A stretch of DNA of 64,000 bases from Rhizomicrobium sp. (GCA_035543495.1 DATKJT010000045.1:11445-75444), one strand, 5' to 3'. Shown: positions 49,155 to 59,844, counted from the stretch's first letter. Translations and numbers: made by a program. The notes: generated by a model from the letters alone, not told the origin.

Positions 49155-49790
49155 GTGCGTTCTCTCATATCGCTTTTCTCTGCCGCGTTGGTGTCCACCG
49201 CCGCTCTTTCACCCGCCATTGCGGACGACGACTCTGGCGTCGCCGGTCATTTCCAGGTGCGCGTGCGCGCTGTCGCCGTCGAACCCGAACCCAGCGCGAA
49301 GATCACGCTGTCGGGCAACGATGTTGGCGGAACCACAACCATCACCGACAGCGTCGTGCCCGAAATCGACGGCACCTATTTCATCACAGACAATATCGGC
49401 GTCGAACTAATCGCCGCCACCACCAAACACACCGCCAGCAACTCGAACACCGGCCCTATCGCCAGTGTCTGGCTCCTGCCGCCAACGCTCACGGCGCAAT
49501 ACCACTTCATGCCGGATAGCTGGATCCGCCCCTATGTCGGCGCGGGCATCAACTACACGATCTTCTACGACACGCGCAGCGCCATCCCCGATCTCAAATT
49601 CGGCGATCGTTTCGGCTGGGCGTTGCAAGCGGGTCTCGATGCGCCCATCCCCAACACGCCTTATTTCGTGAACTTCGACATCAAGAAGCTCTTCCTGAGC
49701 ACCAATGTGAAGGGTCTGGCCGGTGCGCTGAAAGCCAATGTCGATATTGATCCGTGGCTCGTAGGGTTGGGCGTCGGTATCCGTTTCTAA
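49155..49790 (+). CDS. ompW: OmpW family outer membrane protein
   Basis: Signal peptide, VPEIDGTYF, LLPPTLTAQYHF, PYVGAGINY, IDPWLVGLGVGIRF. Confidence 0.93.
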   Translation: MRSLISLFSAALVSTAALSPAIADDDSGVAGHFQVRVRAVAVEPEPSAKITLSGNDVGGTTTITDSVVPEIDGTYFITDNIGVELIAATTKHTASNSNTGPIASVWLLPPTLTAQYHFMPDSWIRPYVGAGINYTIFYDTRSAIPDLKFGDRFGWALQAGLDAPIPNTPYFVNFDIKKLFLSTNVKGLAGALKANVDIDPWLVGLGVGIRF

Positions 49791-49791
49791 G

Positions 49792-49927
49792 ATAGCGAGG
49801 GTCTCTCCCGCTCTCGCTGTCCAACCGAGCACTACGGTGCGGGACGTGGGCCGGTCTTAAGTGTTCTTTGCAAGACCGGCTGGCCGGAGAGCCGTAACTC
49901 TCCGGCTCCCGCGTTCCGCATTTTTTT
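49792..49927 (+). ncRNA. Structured 3'-UTR RNA / sRNA candidate ending in U7
   Basis: Hairpin with UCUCUCCC loop, then a 13-14 bp stem enclosing two hairpins, then TTTTTTT; G-U pairs favour the + strand. Confidence 0.55.
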
Positions 49928-49933
49928 GAAAGC

Positions 49934-51478
49934 CTAAAGCACCACTTCGATCAGCCGCGGCCCGCGCTGCTTCATCGCGTCGGCGAACTGCGCGGAAAAT
50001 TCTTCCGCCGTGGTGGCGCGTGTCGCTTCCACGCCCATCCCGCGCGCAAGGTCCACCCAGCCGAGATCGGGATTGCCGAGGTCGAACATCGAAAGCGCAC
50101 GCGGCCCCGCATTCTCCGCACCCACGCGCATGAGCTCGATCTTCAGGATCGCATAAGACCGGTTCGAGAAGATCACCGTGGTGACATCCAGCTTCTCGCG
50201 CGCCTGCGTCCACAGCGCCTGCACGGTGTACATCGCGCCGCCATCGCCATGCAGGCAAACCACCTTGCGGTCGGGACAGGCAACCGCGGCTCCCGTCGCC
50301 ACCGGCAACCCCTGTCCGATGGACCCGCCGGTCAATGCCAGATGATCGTGCGCGGGAGAATTCGCCGTCAGCACGCCGGTGCTGAATCCGCTCGTCGCCG
50401 ATTCATCGGAGATGATCACATTCTCCGGCAGCAAATTCGCAATCGCCAGTGCTGCGGCCTGCGCATCCAACCGGCCTTTCGGCAAATCGGGCCGCCGCAA
50501 TTCCGCGCGGCCCGCAACGTCTTTCGTTGCACGCACGGCTTCTGCCAGCGCGTCCAATGCCGCCACGCCGTCTTCATGCGGATGTGCAAGCGTGTGGATC
50601 GCGCATCCTTCCGGCGTGCACCAGCTCGGCTTTCCGGGATAGGCGAAAAACGAAACCGGCGGTTTCGATCCCACCAAAACCAGATGTTCCAGATCTTTCA
50701 GGAAATCGACAATCTGTTCGGCGAAATAGGGAATCCGCTCAACGCCCACAACGCCCGCCCCGCGTCTGATACGCGGCGCAAACGTATCGCACAGCAATCG
50801 CGCGCCGGTCTTCGCCGCAATCCGTCCCGCCGCCTCAAGCCCGCGCGCCTCCAAACCTTCGCCGCGAATAAGGATCGCACTCTTTTTCCCACCCAGCAGC
50901 GCCTGCGCCACCGCATCGATCCTCGGCGCTTCAACGCTCGCGGGTTGCAGCGGCGCCAGCGGCCCGACCGGACCTTCGGCCTCGTCCCACGCCGCATTGG
51001 CCGGCAGAACCAGTGTCGCGATCTGTCCCGGCGGCTCCATCGCCGCCCGCACCGCGCGCGCGGCATCCGCTGCAACGGTGCGCGAACTGGGGCTCGAATA
51101 AAGCCATCCCGAAACAGGCCGCGCGAACCCCATGAGGTCGGACGCAAGCGGCGCATCGTATTGCGCATGATAGGTCGCGTGATCGCCCACAATGTTGACG
51201 ATCGGCGTGGCCGCCCTGCGCGCGTTGTGCAAATTCGCAAGTCCGTTTGCGAGCCCCGGCCCCAGATGCAGAAGCGTCGCCGCCGGCTTCTTCGCCATGC
51301 GGCCATATCCGTCGGCGGCACCCGTCACCACGCCTTCGAACAATGCCAGAACCGGACGCATCGCGGGCGCGCGGTCGAGAGCCGCCACGAAATGCATTTC
51401 CGACGTGCCGGGGTTGGCAAAGCAAACCTCCACCCCGCAATTGAGCAACGTCCGAACCAGACTTTCCGCGCCGTTCAT
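49934..51478 (-). CDS. ThDP-dependent enzyme, acetolactate synthase large subunit-like
   Basis: NPGTSEMH, LFEGVVTGAADGY, HLGPGLAN, GDGGAMY...N ThDP motif. Confidence 0.9.
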   Translation of the reverse strand: MNGAESLVRTLLNCGVEVCFANPGTSEMHFVAALDRAPAMRPVLALFEGVVTGAADGYGRMAKKPAATLLHLGPGLANGLANLHNARRAATPIVNIVGDHATYHAQYDAPLASDLMGFARPVSGWLYSSPSSRTVAADAARAVRAAMEPPGQIATLVLPANAAWDEAEGPVGPLAPLQPASVEAPRIDAVAQALLGGKKSAILIRGEGLEARGLEAAGRIAAKTGARLLCDTFAPRIRRGAGVVGVERIPYFAEQIVDFLKDLEHLVLVGSKPPVSFFAYPGKPSWCTPEGCAIHTLAHPHEDGVAALDALAEAVRATKDVAGRAELRRPDLPKGRLDAQAAALAIANLLPENVIISDESATSGFSTGVLTANSPAHDHLALTGGSIGQGLPVATGAAVACPDRKVVCLHGDGGAMYTVQALWTQAREKLDVTTVIFSNRSYAILKIELMRVGAENAGPRALSMFDLGNPDLGWVDLARGMGVEATRATTAEEFSAQFADAMKQRGPRLIEVVL

Positions 51479-51544
51479 CCCGTGTTTCCCCGATATCGCT
51501 GACCGCAGCTTTTCACAGATCGGCGCCGGAAAGAATGCCGGGGT

Positions 51545-52198
51545 TCACTCTTTCGGCAGCAGCATCAGCGGATTGGGCGTGGGCTCGGCCACCTTGAACA
51601 GCGTGTTCACGTCGCGATGCTCGAACAGCTCCTTGCGCCCGCGCACCAAAAGCATGGTCTTCAGCACATAGCTCCAGCTTCCATCCGCATTGAAGGTGAC
51701 TTCGATGCGATACGAATCCGTGCGAAACGCCTGTTCCAGAAAATCGGTGGAACAGATGCCATATCCCGTCGTTCCGCGCGTCGCCGTCAACGCCAATGTC
51801 ATGTCGTCGGGCTTCGCAAAACCGGAGGCGATAGCAATCTGCCCGCGCGGAATGGCAAGCGTCTGCATCACCAGCCCCGTTGCAGGCTCCCAAAGCCAAT
51901 AACCCACCTGATCGTGAAACGTCGGCGCTTCGCCCGGCGACAGGATGCGCGTGTGATAGCGCAAGCCATAGAAAACCTGCGGCCCGTTCAATTGATAATC
52001 GGTCGGCTGCAATTCGATCCGCTCGGTGAATTCCTTGCGCTGCGGACCCTCCGCTTTCGGGTTCAGGTCCACACCCATCTTGCCTTCCCAAATTCCCGCC
52101 AAACGGCGCAGCGGACCAAGGTTGGCCAAGGTATCGGGATCGACCTCTTCCGGTTCGGTGAAAATATCGTCGGGAATATTCACGTGACTGTACCCCAT
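51545..52198 (-). CDS. DUF1794 / nitrobindin-like beta-barrel protein
   Basis: IFTEP...LGPL..LAGIWEG..G.D, GPQVFYGLRYH, FHDQVGYWLWEP, F.H.D.NTL; start ATG 52198 or GTG 52183. Confidence 0.85.
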   Translation of the reverse strand: MGYSHVNIPDDIFTEPEEVDPDTLANLGPLRRLAGIWEGKMGVDLNPKAEGPQRKEFTERIELQPTDYQLNGPQVFYGLRYHTRILSPGEAPTFHDQVGYWLWEPATGLVMQTLAIPRGQIAIASGFAKPDDMTLALTATRGTTGYGICSTDFLEQAFRTDSYRIEVTFNADGSWSYVLKTMLLVRGRKELFEHRDVNTLFKVAEPTPNPLMLLPKE

Positions 52199-52268
52199 CT
52201 GAAAATGACAACGCCCATCGAGCAGCTTGAATATCCGCCGCTCGAAAATGAAGGCTGTTTTTTGAAAA

Positions 52269-52345
52269 TGGTCGGAGAGAGAGGATTCGAACCTCCGGCC
52301 CCCACGTCCCGAACGTGGTGCTCTACCAGGCTGAGCTACTCTCCG
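52269..52345 (-). tRNA. tRNA-Pro (CGG)
   Basis: CGGAGAGTAGCTCAGCCTGGTAGAGCACCACGTTCGGGACGTGGGGGCCGGAGGTTCGAATCCTCTCTCTCCGACCA; cloverleaf, anticodon CGG, encoded CCA. Confidence 0.97.
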
Positions 52346-52364
52346 GTCTTCAGATCGGGGCGCC

Positions 52365-52393
52365 CTTATAGCTATGGGGTGGTGCCCCCGCAA
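52365..52393 (-). promoter_or_regulatory. Sigma70 promoter of tRNA-Pro
   Basis: TTGCGG-N17-TATAAG followed by GC-rich discriminator GGCGCCCC. Confidence 0.7.
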
Positions 52394-52585
52394 CGTAGGT
52401 CCAATGCGGCCAAAAGTTTGGTCCGGCAACGGGTTGGCTTGGCGCCACATCTCGCCTGCCTGTGGAAAGGCGCGTTTGGAGCGTTCGATAGCCCTAAGCC
52501 TTTGGGCCCATTATAAGAAATAAATCCTTTACTTTGCGCCGGCGAAGACTTATGATCTCCAGCATTTTGGAGTTAGAGCCTATAT

Positions 52586-52897
52586 ATGACAAGCAATACC
52601 GCCGTGTCCCCCGAACTCAACCGGGTGGCCGCCCTGCTGGAAGACGAGCTGTACGAATGCCATGCCGCCGTCATGGCCGCCTTCCGCTTTGCCGAAACGC
52701 ATCCCGATCCCAAGGCGCAGCTTGAAGCGATGAAAGCCGGCAGCCGCATGATGCAGGCAAGCGCCAACGCGGCATGCGCGCTCAGGCGCCTGCGCAGTCC
52801 CGGCACCCATCACACCGTCACCGTGCAGTCCGCGCCCGCAGCGGGGGAGGGGGGAGATACCACCCCCGAAAAATCGAAAACGAATAACCACGAATGA
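52586..52897 (+). CDS. Hypothetical 103-aa helical protein
   Basis: AT-rich promoter-like region and GGAG upstream; ATGA coupling to the next ORF. Confidence 0.55.
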   Translation: MTSNTAVSPELNRVAALLEDELYECHAAVMAAFRFAETHPDPKAQLEAMKAGSRMMQASANAACALRRLRSPGTHHTVTVQSAPAAGEGGDTTPEKSKTNNHE

Positions 52898-53100
52898 CCG
52901 CCCGCAACCGCGGCGCCCAACCCGGCAACCGCAACGCCCTAAAAACCGGCCGTCACACGAAAGAGATGCGCGCCTTGCGCCAGCAAGCGCGCTTGAGAAT
53001 CTATGCGCTGAAAGCCGCGATAGCACAGGCCAGAATCGTACCTCCCCTTCGCGGGGAGGTCGACAATTCAGAGCGAAGCGAAGAATTGGCGGATGGGGAC
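52894..53100 (+). CDS. Small basic protein with GAQPGNRNALKTG motif; 3' end invaded by repeat (frame stays open to 53715)
   Basis: MTARNRGAQPGNRNALKTGRHTKEMR...; the frame enters repeat F at about codon 49; end coordinate is nominal. Confidence 0.5.
53039..53099. repeat. Palindromic repeat element, copy F, half element
   Basis: TACCTCCCCTTCGCGGGGAGGTCGACAATTCAGAGCGAAGCGAAGAATTGGCGGATGGGG matches the arm type of copies D/E. Confidence 0.85.
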
Positions 53101-53121
53101 GTCAGTGCCCGCGCAGAGAAA

Positions 53122-53445
53122 TCAGATCGAAGCCTCGATCCATTCCTTGATCTTGGATTTCGGCAGCGCGCCCACTTTCGTGGCCGCGACCTGTCCCTGG
53201 TTGAAGATCATCAGGGTGGGGATTCCGCGCACGCCGTATTTCGTCGGCACATGCGGGTTCTCGTCGATGTTGATCTTGGCGACGGTGACTTTCTCGCCCA
53301 GTTCGGTGGCAAGTTCTTCCAGCGCCGGCGCAATCATGCGGCAGGGTCCGCACCATTCCGCCCAGAAATCCACAACCACCGGCTTCTTCGCCGAAAGCAC
53401 GTCATTTTGAAACGAGCTGTCCGAAACTTTGAGGGGGGCCGACAT
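53122..53445 (-). CDS. trxA: Thioredoxin
   Basis: [19 protein letters not shown]. Confidence 0.97.
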   Translation of the reverse strand: MSAPLKVSDSSFQNDVLSAKKPVVVDFWAEWCGPCRMIAPALEELATELGEKVTVAKINIDENPHVPTKYGVRGIPTLMIFNQGQVAATKVGALPKSKIKEWIEASI

Positions 53446-53488
53446 ATTGTGTTCCTTGGGTTGGATGGATGCGTTCTGTTGAGGGAAT

Positions 53489-56400
53489 CTAGGAACGCGA
53501 CCCCCGGGGGTCAAGGTCCGCGCCCGCCCGAAGCTGTGCGTCGAGCACCCCGTCCGAAAGCCGCATCAGTCTGGGCCCCGCGGTCCACAACAGCCCGGAA
53601 ACGATGCGTTTTCCGGGGAACACCTTTTTCAGCGCCGCCCGGTAAAGCGCCATCTGGGACAGGTATCCGGCAGACACATCCGCCTCCGTCTCCGGCACCG
53701 CCCGGTCCGTCTTGAAATCGAGCACGAGCACCTCGTCGCCCGAAACCGCCAGCCGGTCCACCCGCCCGTTCACCTTGATACCGCCGAATTCCGGAAGCTC
53801 CGCCGCCAGCGCCACTTCCGCCCGGCTGCCTTTTGCAAAAACAGGAGCAAACGTCTCATCGCCGAGCACGCCCAGAATTTCCGCCACACAACTTTGCGCG
53901 TCGGATTCGGAAACGCCGCGCGCGAGCAAGAATTTGCGCGCGATCTCGCCCCGTTTTTCCGTCGCGATCTCCGGTAACCGCGCCAGCACCGCGTGAATCA
54001 AAACCCCGCGCTTGAACGTCTTTCCTTCCTTCGAAAGCGGCGACAACGCGACCGCTTTGGGCTCGACCAGCGATGGACGCACCACGCGCGGCCGTTCCGC
54101 TTCTTCCTTCGCAGGCGTGCGCGCCCATTTGGGCACTTCGGTTTTCACAATGTCGGCAACGGCGGCCGTCTTCGGCAAACCGTCTTCGGTATCGCCATAA
54201 ATGCGAATGGTCTCGCCACTGCGCTCCACCGGCACGCCCAATTCCTCTGCCGCGCGCTGCATCAGCGCGTACCAGGATTCGTCGTGAACGCCTTTGCTGT
54301 TTTCAAACCCGCAGATGTAAAGCCGCTCCTTCGCCCGCGTCAGCGCCACATAGAGCAGCCGCCGGTGTTCGTTCAGCGCTTCGGCCTTGGCTGCCTGCCG
54401 GGCCGCTTTCACCGATTGCGGTGCCATATCGTTCGGCACCGAGAACAGCACACGGTCATCCGCATAAAGCAGATGCCGCTTCTGCATATTGGAAGCAGCG
54501 CGCGTCGTATCCGGCAGGATCACGATGTCGGCTTCCAAACCCTTGGCGCCATGCACCGTCATCACGCGAACCTCATCGCGCCCGCGTTCCATATCGCGCT
54601 TGATCTCCGCCCCGCCGCGCTCGATCCAGTGCAGGAAGCCCTCCAGCGACGGCGGGTTCTGCGTCTCATAGGCGAGCGACAGCGAAAGAAATTCCTCGAT
54701 GGCGTCCGCCGCTTCCGCGCCCAACCGCAAGAGCAGCTTCAACCGCATCCCGCGCACGGTCAGCACATGCGCGAAAAACTCGTAAGGCGGCACGAAATCC
54801 GCCCGCGCCAGACATTCGGAAAGAAATTCGTGCGCGCCGTCAAACGTGGGGTCTTCGCTCGCCTGCAAGGCCCGCCACAACGTCCCCTCGCGCTCGTAGC
54901 TCAGTGCGAACAACTGTTCTTCGCTGATGCGCACCAGCGGCGACCGCAAGATGGTGGCAAGCGTCAGATCGTCTTCCGGCAACAACACAAACCGCGCCAG
55001 CGCCATCAGATCCTGCACCGCAATCTGCTCGGTGATGCGGATGCGATCGGCCCCCGCAACCGGAACGCCGACGGCCTTCAATTGCCGGATGATCTCGCTG
55101 CCGAACGGCTCGCGCCGCGGCAGCAAAATCATGATGTCCCCCGGCCGGATCGGATGATCGCGGTTGGGAAGCGCCACACCTTTCGCGATCCATTGCCTGA
55201 TCGTGCGCGCAATCTTCTCCGCCAACCGCACAACGGGGCTTGCCTCCGACGGCGTATCGACGGGCCGCCACGGATCGGGGTCTTCCTTGTCGTTCGGCTT
55301 GATCGACGGCCAGAACTCGACGCGCCCGCGCGCCTGTTTACGCAAGGGCTCGTGTTCGATCTCCAGATTGAGCGAGGTCAACCCCGCGCGCGCCTCGCCA
55401 TCGCCGAACACGCGATCGACAAACGTAAGCACTTCCGGCACCGAACGGCGCGAGGTTTTCAGCATCTCGTAGTTGAACGCGAGTCCGGCACTTTTGATGT
55501 GCGCTTCGAAATGTTGCCGGTTCACATCGAACTGCGCGGGGTCGGCGCCCTGGAAGCTGAAGATGGATTGCTTCTCGTCGCCCACCGCAAACACGGTGCG
55601 CACCGTCTTGGTCTCGCGCCCCGCGCCGGAGAAGAATTCCTCGGTCAGCTTCTTCAGGATCGCCCATTGCTCGGGGCTCGTATCCTGCGCCTCGTCGATC
55701 AACACGTGATCGAGCCCGCCGTCGAGCTTGTAAAGCACCCAGGCCGCTGTTTCGCCGCGCTCCAGCAGCGAAAGCGTTTCGGTGATGAGGTCGTCGTAAT
55801 CGAGTGCTCCGCGCGCCCGCTTCTCCGCCGCATAAAGGCCGCGCACCGCATCGGCAATCGTCAGCGCCGCATCGCAAAGCGCCGCCGCATGCGCCGCGCG
55901 CCTGCGTTCTTCGGTATCGCGCGCGCGCTGCGCCAGGTCTTCCAGATAAATCAGAAGATCCGGCCGCGCCTCACGTGGTTTTTTGGTCACGAGTTCTTTG
56001 TACGGCTCACCATCCTGCCTTTGAAACGATCCCAGCAGGTCGGCGAATGTGCCCACCTCCAATCCCGTTTCAACGAACCGCGCGATGCCGCGCACGCGTT
56101 TCTGATCGGTGGATGTTCCCGCGCTCATCCACGCAACGATATCCCTGATGCGCTGAACGTCCGCCTTCAGCGAAGAGCAGAACTCCGCAACCACATCATG
56201 CGCGCTCTGCGTTTCGCTTGCCCCGTGAAACCGCCGCACCGCGCGCGTCAGCGATCCGTCGCGCGGATGACATCCTGCCAGCGCCCGCGAAAGTTTGCGC
56301 CGCTCGTTGCCCAGTGCCGCATCCAGAATATCCTGCAGCTTCTGCTCGTTGGTTTCGGTGACAAGCAAACCAACCGCCGCCCCAAGCGCCATGTCGCCGG

Positions 56401-56896
56401 AACCCGCGCGTTCCAGAACCTTCGCCCGCGCATTGCTGATCATCTCGCGCGAGGTCTGCTCGTCGATCACCGTGAATCCCGGCGGCACATTCGCCTCGAC
56501 GGAAAACCGCGACAGCACATTCTGGCAGAACGAATGAATGGTCTGGATCTTCAACCCGCCCGGCGTCTCCAGCGCCTTGGCGAACAGCCGCCGCGCTTTG
56601 CGCAAATCTTCTTTGCCTTCCGGCGCGCCGCCGCCGATCTCGGTGACGTATTTCGCAAGTTCGTCGTCCGGCGCCATCGCCCATTTGCCGAGCAGGTCGA
56701 ACAGCCGCCCCGCCATCTCTGCGGCGGCAGCCTTCGTATAGGTCAGGCACAAAATCCGTTCCGGCTGCGCATCGGCCAGCAGCAATCGCGTCACGCGATT
56801 GGCGAGCGTGTGCGTCTTGCCCGCGCCCGCATTGGCCGAAACCCATGCCGAATGCCGCGGATCGGCGGCGGCGAGAACGGGATCGTGCGCGCTCAT
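53489..56896 (-). CDS. addA: Double-strand break repair helicase/nuclease AddA
   Basis: [58 protein letters not shown] nuclease. Confidence 0.96.
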   Translation of the reverse strand: MSAHDPVLAAADPRHSAWVSANAGAGKTHTLANRVTRLLLADAQPERILCLTYTKAAAAEMAGRLFDLLGKWAMAPDDELAKYVTEIGGGAPEGKEDLRKARRLFAKALETPGGLKIQTIHSFCQNVLSRFSVEANVPPGFTVIDEQTSREMISNARAKVLERAGSGDMALGAAVGLLVTETNEQKLQDILDAALGNERRKLSRALAGCHPRDGSLTRAVRRFHGASETQSAHDVVAEFCSSLKADVQRIRDIVAWMSAGTSTDQKRVRGIARFVETGLEVGTFADLLGSFQRQDGEPYKELVTKKPREARPDLLIYLEDLAQRARDTEERRRAAHAAALCDAALTIADAVRGLYAAEKRARGALDYDDLITETLSLLERGETAAWVLYKLDGGLDHVLIDEAQDTSPEQWAILKKLTEEFFSGAGRETKTVRTVFAVGDEKQSIFSFQGADPAQFDVNRQHFEAHIKSAGLAFNYEMLKTSRRSVPEVLTFVDRVFGDGEARAGLTSLNLEIEHEPLRKQARGRVEFWPSIKPNDKEDPDPWRPVDTPSEASPVVRLAEKIARTIRQWIAKGVALPNRDHPIRPGDIMILLPRREPFGSEIIRQLKAVGVPVAGADRIRITEQIAVQDLMALARFVLLPEDDLTLATILRSPLVRISEEQLFALSYEREGTLWRALQASEDPTFDGAHEFLSECLARADFVPPYEFFAHVLTVRGMRLKLLLRLGAEAADAIEEFLSLSLAYETQNPPSLEGFLHWIERGGAEIKRDMERGRDEVRVMTVHGAKGLEADIVILPDTTRAASNMQKRHLLYADDRVLFSVPNDMAPQSVKAARQAAKAEALNEHRRLLYVALTRAKERLYICGFENSKGVHDESWYALMQRAAEELGVPVERSGETIRIYGDTEDGLPKTAAVADIVKTEVPKWARTPAKEEAERPRVVRPSLVEPKAVALSPLSKEGKTFKRGVLIHAVLARLPEIATEKRGEIARKFLLARGVSESDAQSCVAEILGVLGDETFAPVFAKGSRAEVALAAELPEFGGIKVNGRVDRLAVSGDEVLVLDFKTDRAVPETEADVSAGYLSQMALYRAALKKVFPGKRIVSGLLWTAGPRLMRLSDGVLDAQLRAGADLDPRGSRS

Positions 56897-59841
56897 TCTT
56901 CCTCGCCCCATCCGCTCGCCGACCATTCCTGCACGCGCGCCAGATGATCGTAGTCGCCCGTCGCATCGGCGCGGAACGGCATCACACGCGGCAGGTAAGC
57001 CCGCTCCTCGTGATCAAACTCCGCCACGCGCCCCACCAACAGCGCTTTCGCCTTGCCCGCAAGCTCGCGCGCATCCGCTTTCACCACGCGCACGTCGCCC
57101 GGCTTCGCGCCGCCGGCAAACCGCACATACACCAGCTCCAGCGGATCGAGCGTTCCGGCCTGCGCAAACCCGCCTTCCATCACCATCGCGGCTTCCAGCG
57201 GAAGCTGTGCCGCGATGATCTGAATGACTTGCTTGTCCGTTGGTGGTGCGCCCGTCTTGTAATCGATGATCGCCGCACTCTTTCCGATCAACTCGTCAAT
57301 CCGATCCGCCTTCCCATGCAACAGGAATTCGCCGCCGGGTGCCGCAAACCTGATCTCGCCCTTCAACTCGACATGCGCCTTCACGACATTGGCCCTGCGC
57401 TCGCGCTCCACGCCGACAAACCAGTTGGCTGCCTTCACGAAGCGCGGCCGCCACATCGCAATCGCAGCTTTCGGAATGCCGTAATCGGCAAACACCTCAT
57501 CCGCGATCTCGACAAACTTTCGCTCCGCGCCCGGCGGCGGCCCGTCGGGAAAGGCCTTCACGAATTCTTCGAGCGCCTTGTGAATGGCCGTTCCGCGATC
57601 TCGCGCGCCGATTTCCTCGTCAAGCGGATGCAGCGGCTCCAGCTTCAAAACCCGCCGCGCATAGATCGCATAAGGATCGCGCAACCACGTCTCGATCTCG
57701 GTGACGGAAAGTCTGCGCGGCCGCGCCGCCACCGGCGGTTTCGGTTCCGGCCGCGGCATGCGCGTGACCATTACCGGCTCCGCCAAAGCCGAAGCCACTG
57801 CGCAGTAGTCGCGCTCGTCATGGAGGCGGTTTTCCAGTTTCAATCCGCGCGTCAACTGGATCATGCGTTGCAGCCACCGCGAGGCAACGGCGGGCGAACC
57901 CTCCACCTTGCGCGAACGCGTCATCACCACGCGCGGTCCCGCGGCCAGCGTCGCGAAATCATGTGCCGCAAGTCCGATCGCGCGTTCCGGCTGCTCCAGT
58001 CCCAACGCACGCCGCATCGGCCGCGACAACCATGGATCGACCGGCGCATCCTGCGGCCAGGTCCCTTCGTTCAATCCGCCCAGCACCACCAGATCGAACC
58101 GTTGCAACCGCGCTTCCAGCGGCCCAAGTATCGCAAGCCGCGGATGCCGCCCGAATGCGGGCCGCACTGCTTTCTCTTCTGCCAGCATCCGGAACAGCGG
58201 CGCATAAGACGCAGCACGAATCGCCGAAACGCCTTCGGCCTCCACAAACAATTCGGCAATAAGCGCCTGCGCCCCACGCCCCGCGTCCCCGCGCCACAGC
58301 CGCTCGCCGCCGCTTTCCGTGTCCGTCGCCGCCAACGCTTCCGCCACCTCGACATGCAGCGCAAGCAATTTCGAAAGTGCAGCCTCATTAATCTTCTCAA
58401 ACGGCGCCAGAATGCGCGCGACCTTCTCAAACCATTCCGAAAGCCGCGTCCCCTTTTTCTCGTCCACGCGCGCAATGGCTTTCGCAATTCCCGCCAGCCC
58501 TTCATCCGGCCGCGGTCCGCGCAAACGAAGATCGAGCTGCCGCACGGATTGCCGGAACGAAACGGTCTCCTCGCCACCCGATGCCAGTGGATGCTTCAGC
58601 AGCGCCAACAGCGGCACCGGCGCAAATCCCTGCAACGCTGCATCCGCAAGCAGGCACAGGAACGTCCCCGGCGCCGTGCGCGCCAGCGGCCGTCCGGCGG
58701 AATCGTCGATGTCGATATTCCAGCGTTTCAATTCCGCCGCCACGCGCCGCGCCAGTGCGCGATCCGGCGTCACCAGCGCACCCGTGCGATGCTCGCTCTC
58801 CAGCACCTCGCGCAACATCAGCGCGATGGCGGTGGCCTCCTGCGCGGGATTGTCCGCTTCGACCAGCGACAATCCTTCGAGCCCCTTGGCAATTACGTCG
58901 CCACCCTTTTCTGCAAGCGCCCGCCACGCATCAGTGGTCGGCGCGGGCCGCAACGTCTCGCGCAAAAGAATCTCGCGCGGCGAAGCCGCCGCATCCGCTC
59001 CACCCCAAACGCGCACGTCCTTCCGCGCAACGCCGATGCGTTTCAAAAGCTGCCGCATCCCGAACTGCGGATGGCCTTCATCGAGATCGTTCCAGCTTGC
59101 CTCATCCAGCGAAAGATCGAGGCCGGGAAGGATGACCGAGCCATCCGCCAATCGCGAAACAACGCCCAGAAGCTCGGCCGTCGCCGGAATGCTGCCAGTC
59201 GACCCCGCTGCGATCACCGGCCCATCGGGCGGATCGTTTTCAAACCGCTTCGCCAGCCGCCGCAACGCGTCGTCGCGATGGGTAACATGATCCTGCCGCT
59301 TTTCGTCGTCCAGCACCGCCGGCCAATGCGTCGTCAGCAGTTCGAGAAAGGTCTGCACGTCCGCCCAATATTTGGAAAGCCCGGCCGGCGCGAGGTCTTT
59401 CAACTTCGAAAGATCGGCGCCTTGCGTCTGAGCCTCGTCGAGAAACGCACCCAGACTGCGCGCCAACCGCACGGCCTGCGCAAACCCGATTTCTTCGCCG
59501 TCCTTCGCGCGCGCCCAACCCGAAATCAGTGTCGCAAGCAACAGCCGCCGCCGCACCGGAGAAATCGCCGGAACGAGTTCGATGTCGTCCGAAGCCGCGT
59601 CGAACAAAACGTCGTCCTCATCCACATCGCCCAGCGGTCGGATATCCGGCAACAAGGCTGCGCCGCCCACGGCGCGCGCAAAAATCTCGCCCAGCGAACG
59701 CACCGCGCGCCGCGTCGGCACGAAGATCGTGGCGCGCGAAAGCGCCAGCGGATCGTTCTTCGCGTCGAGACGTTCTATCAGTTCGTCGGCAAGCATTTGC
59801 GCAAATGGCGCACCGGCGGGGATCGTGAAGACGTTCGCCAC
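56893..59841 (-). CDS. addB: Double-strand break repair protein AddB
   Basis: IFVPTRRA, AGSTGSIPAT, GPLEARL, LNEGTWP, LSVTEIETWLRDPY, GKADRID..DYKTG. Confidence 0.95.
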   Translation of the reverse strand: MANVFTIPAGAPFAQMLADELIERLDAKNDPLALSRATIFVPTRRAVRSLGEIFARAVGGAALLPDIRPLGDVDEDDVLFDAASDDIELVPAISPVRRRLLLATLISGWARAKDGEEIGFAQAVRLARSLGAFLDEAQTQGADLSKLKDLAPAGLSKYWADVQTFLELLTTHWPAVLDDEKRQDHVTHRDDALRRLAKRFENDPPDGPVIAAGSTGSIPATAELLGVVSRLADGSVILPGLDLSLDEASWNDLDEGHPQFGMRQLLKRIGVARKDVRVWGGADAAASPREILLRETLRPAPTTDAWRALAEKGGDVIAKGLEGLSLVEADNPAQEATAIALMLREVLESEHRTGALVTPDRALARRVAAELKRWNIDIDDSAGRPLARTAPGTFLCLLADAALQGFAPVPLLALLKHPLASGGEETVSFRQSVRQLDLRLRGPRPDEGLAGIAKAIARVDEKKGTRLSEWFEKVARILAPFEKINEAALSKLLALHVEVAEALAATDTESGGERLWRGDAGRGAQALIAELFVEAEGVSAIRAASYAPLFRMLAEEKAVRPAFGRHPRLAILGPLEARLQRFDLVVLGGLNEGTWPQDAPVDPWLSRPMRRALGLEQPERAIGLAAHDFATLAAGPRVVMTRSRKVEGSPAVASRWLQRMIQLTRGLKLENRLHDERDYCAVASALAEPVMVTRMPRPEPKPPVAARPRRLSVTEIETWLRDPYAIYARRVLKLEPLHPLDEEIGARDRGTAIHKALEEFVKAFPDGPPPGAERKFVEIADEVFADYGIPKAAIAMWRPRFVKAANWFVGVERERRANVVKAHVELKGEIRFAAPGGEFLLHGKADRIDELIGKSAAIIDYKTGAPPTDKQVIQIIAAQLPLEAAMVMEGGFAQAGTLDPLELVYVRFAGGAKPGDVRVVKADARELAGKAKALLVGRVAEFDHEERAYLPRVMPFRADATGDYDHLARVQEWSASGWGEEE

Positions 59842-59844
59842 GGC

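Noticed and set aside
52269-52345. tRNA-Pro as the attachment site of a genomic island
   Set aside because: No integrase and no duplicated tRNA 3' end seen in the window
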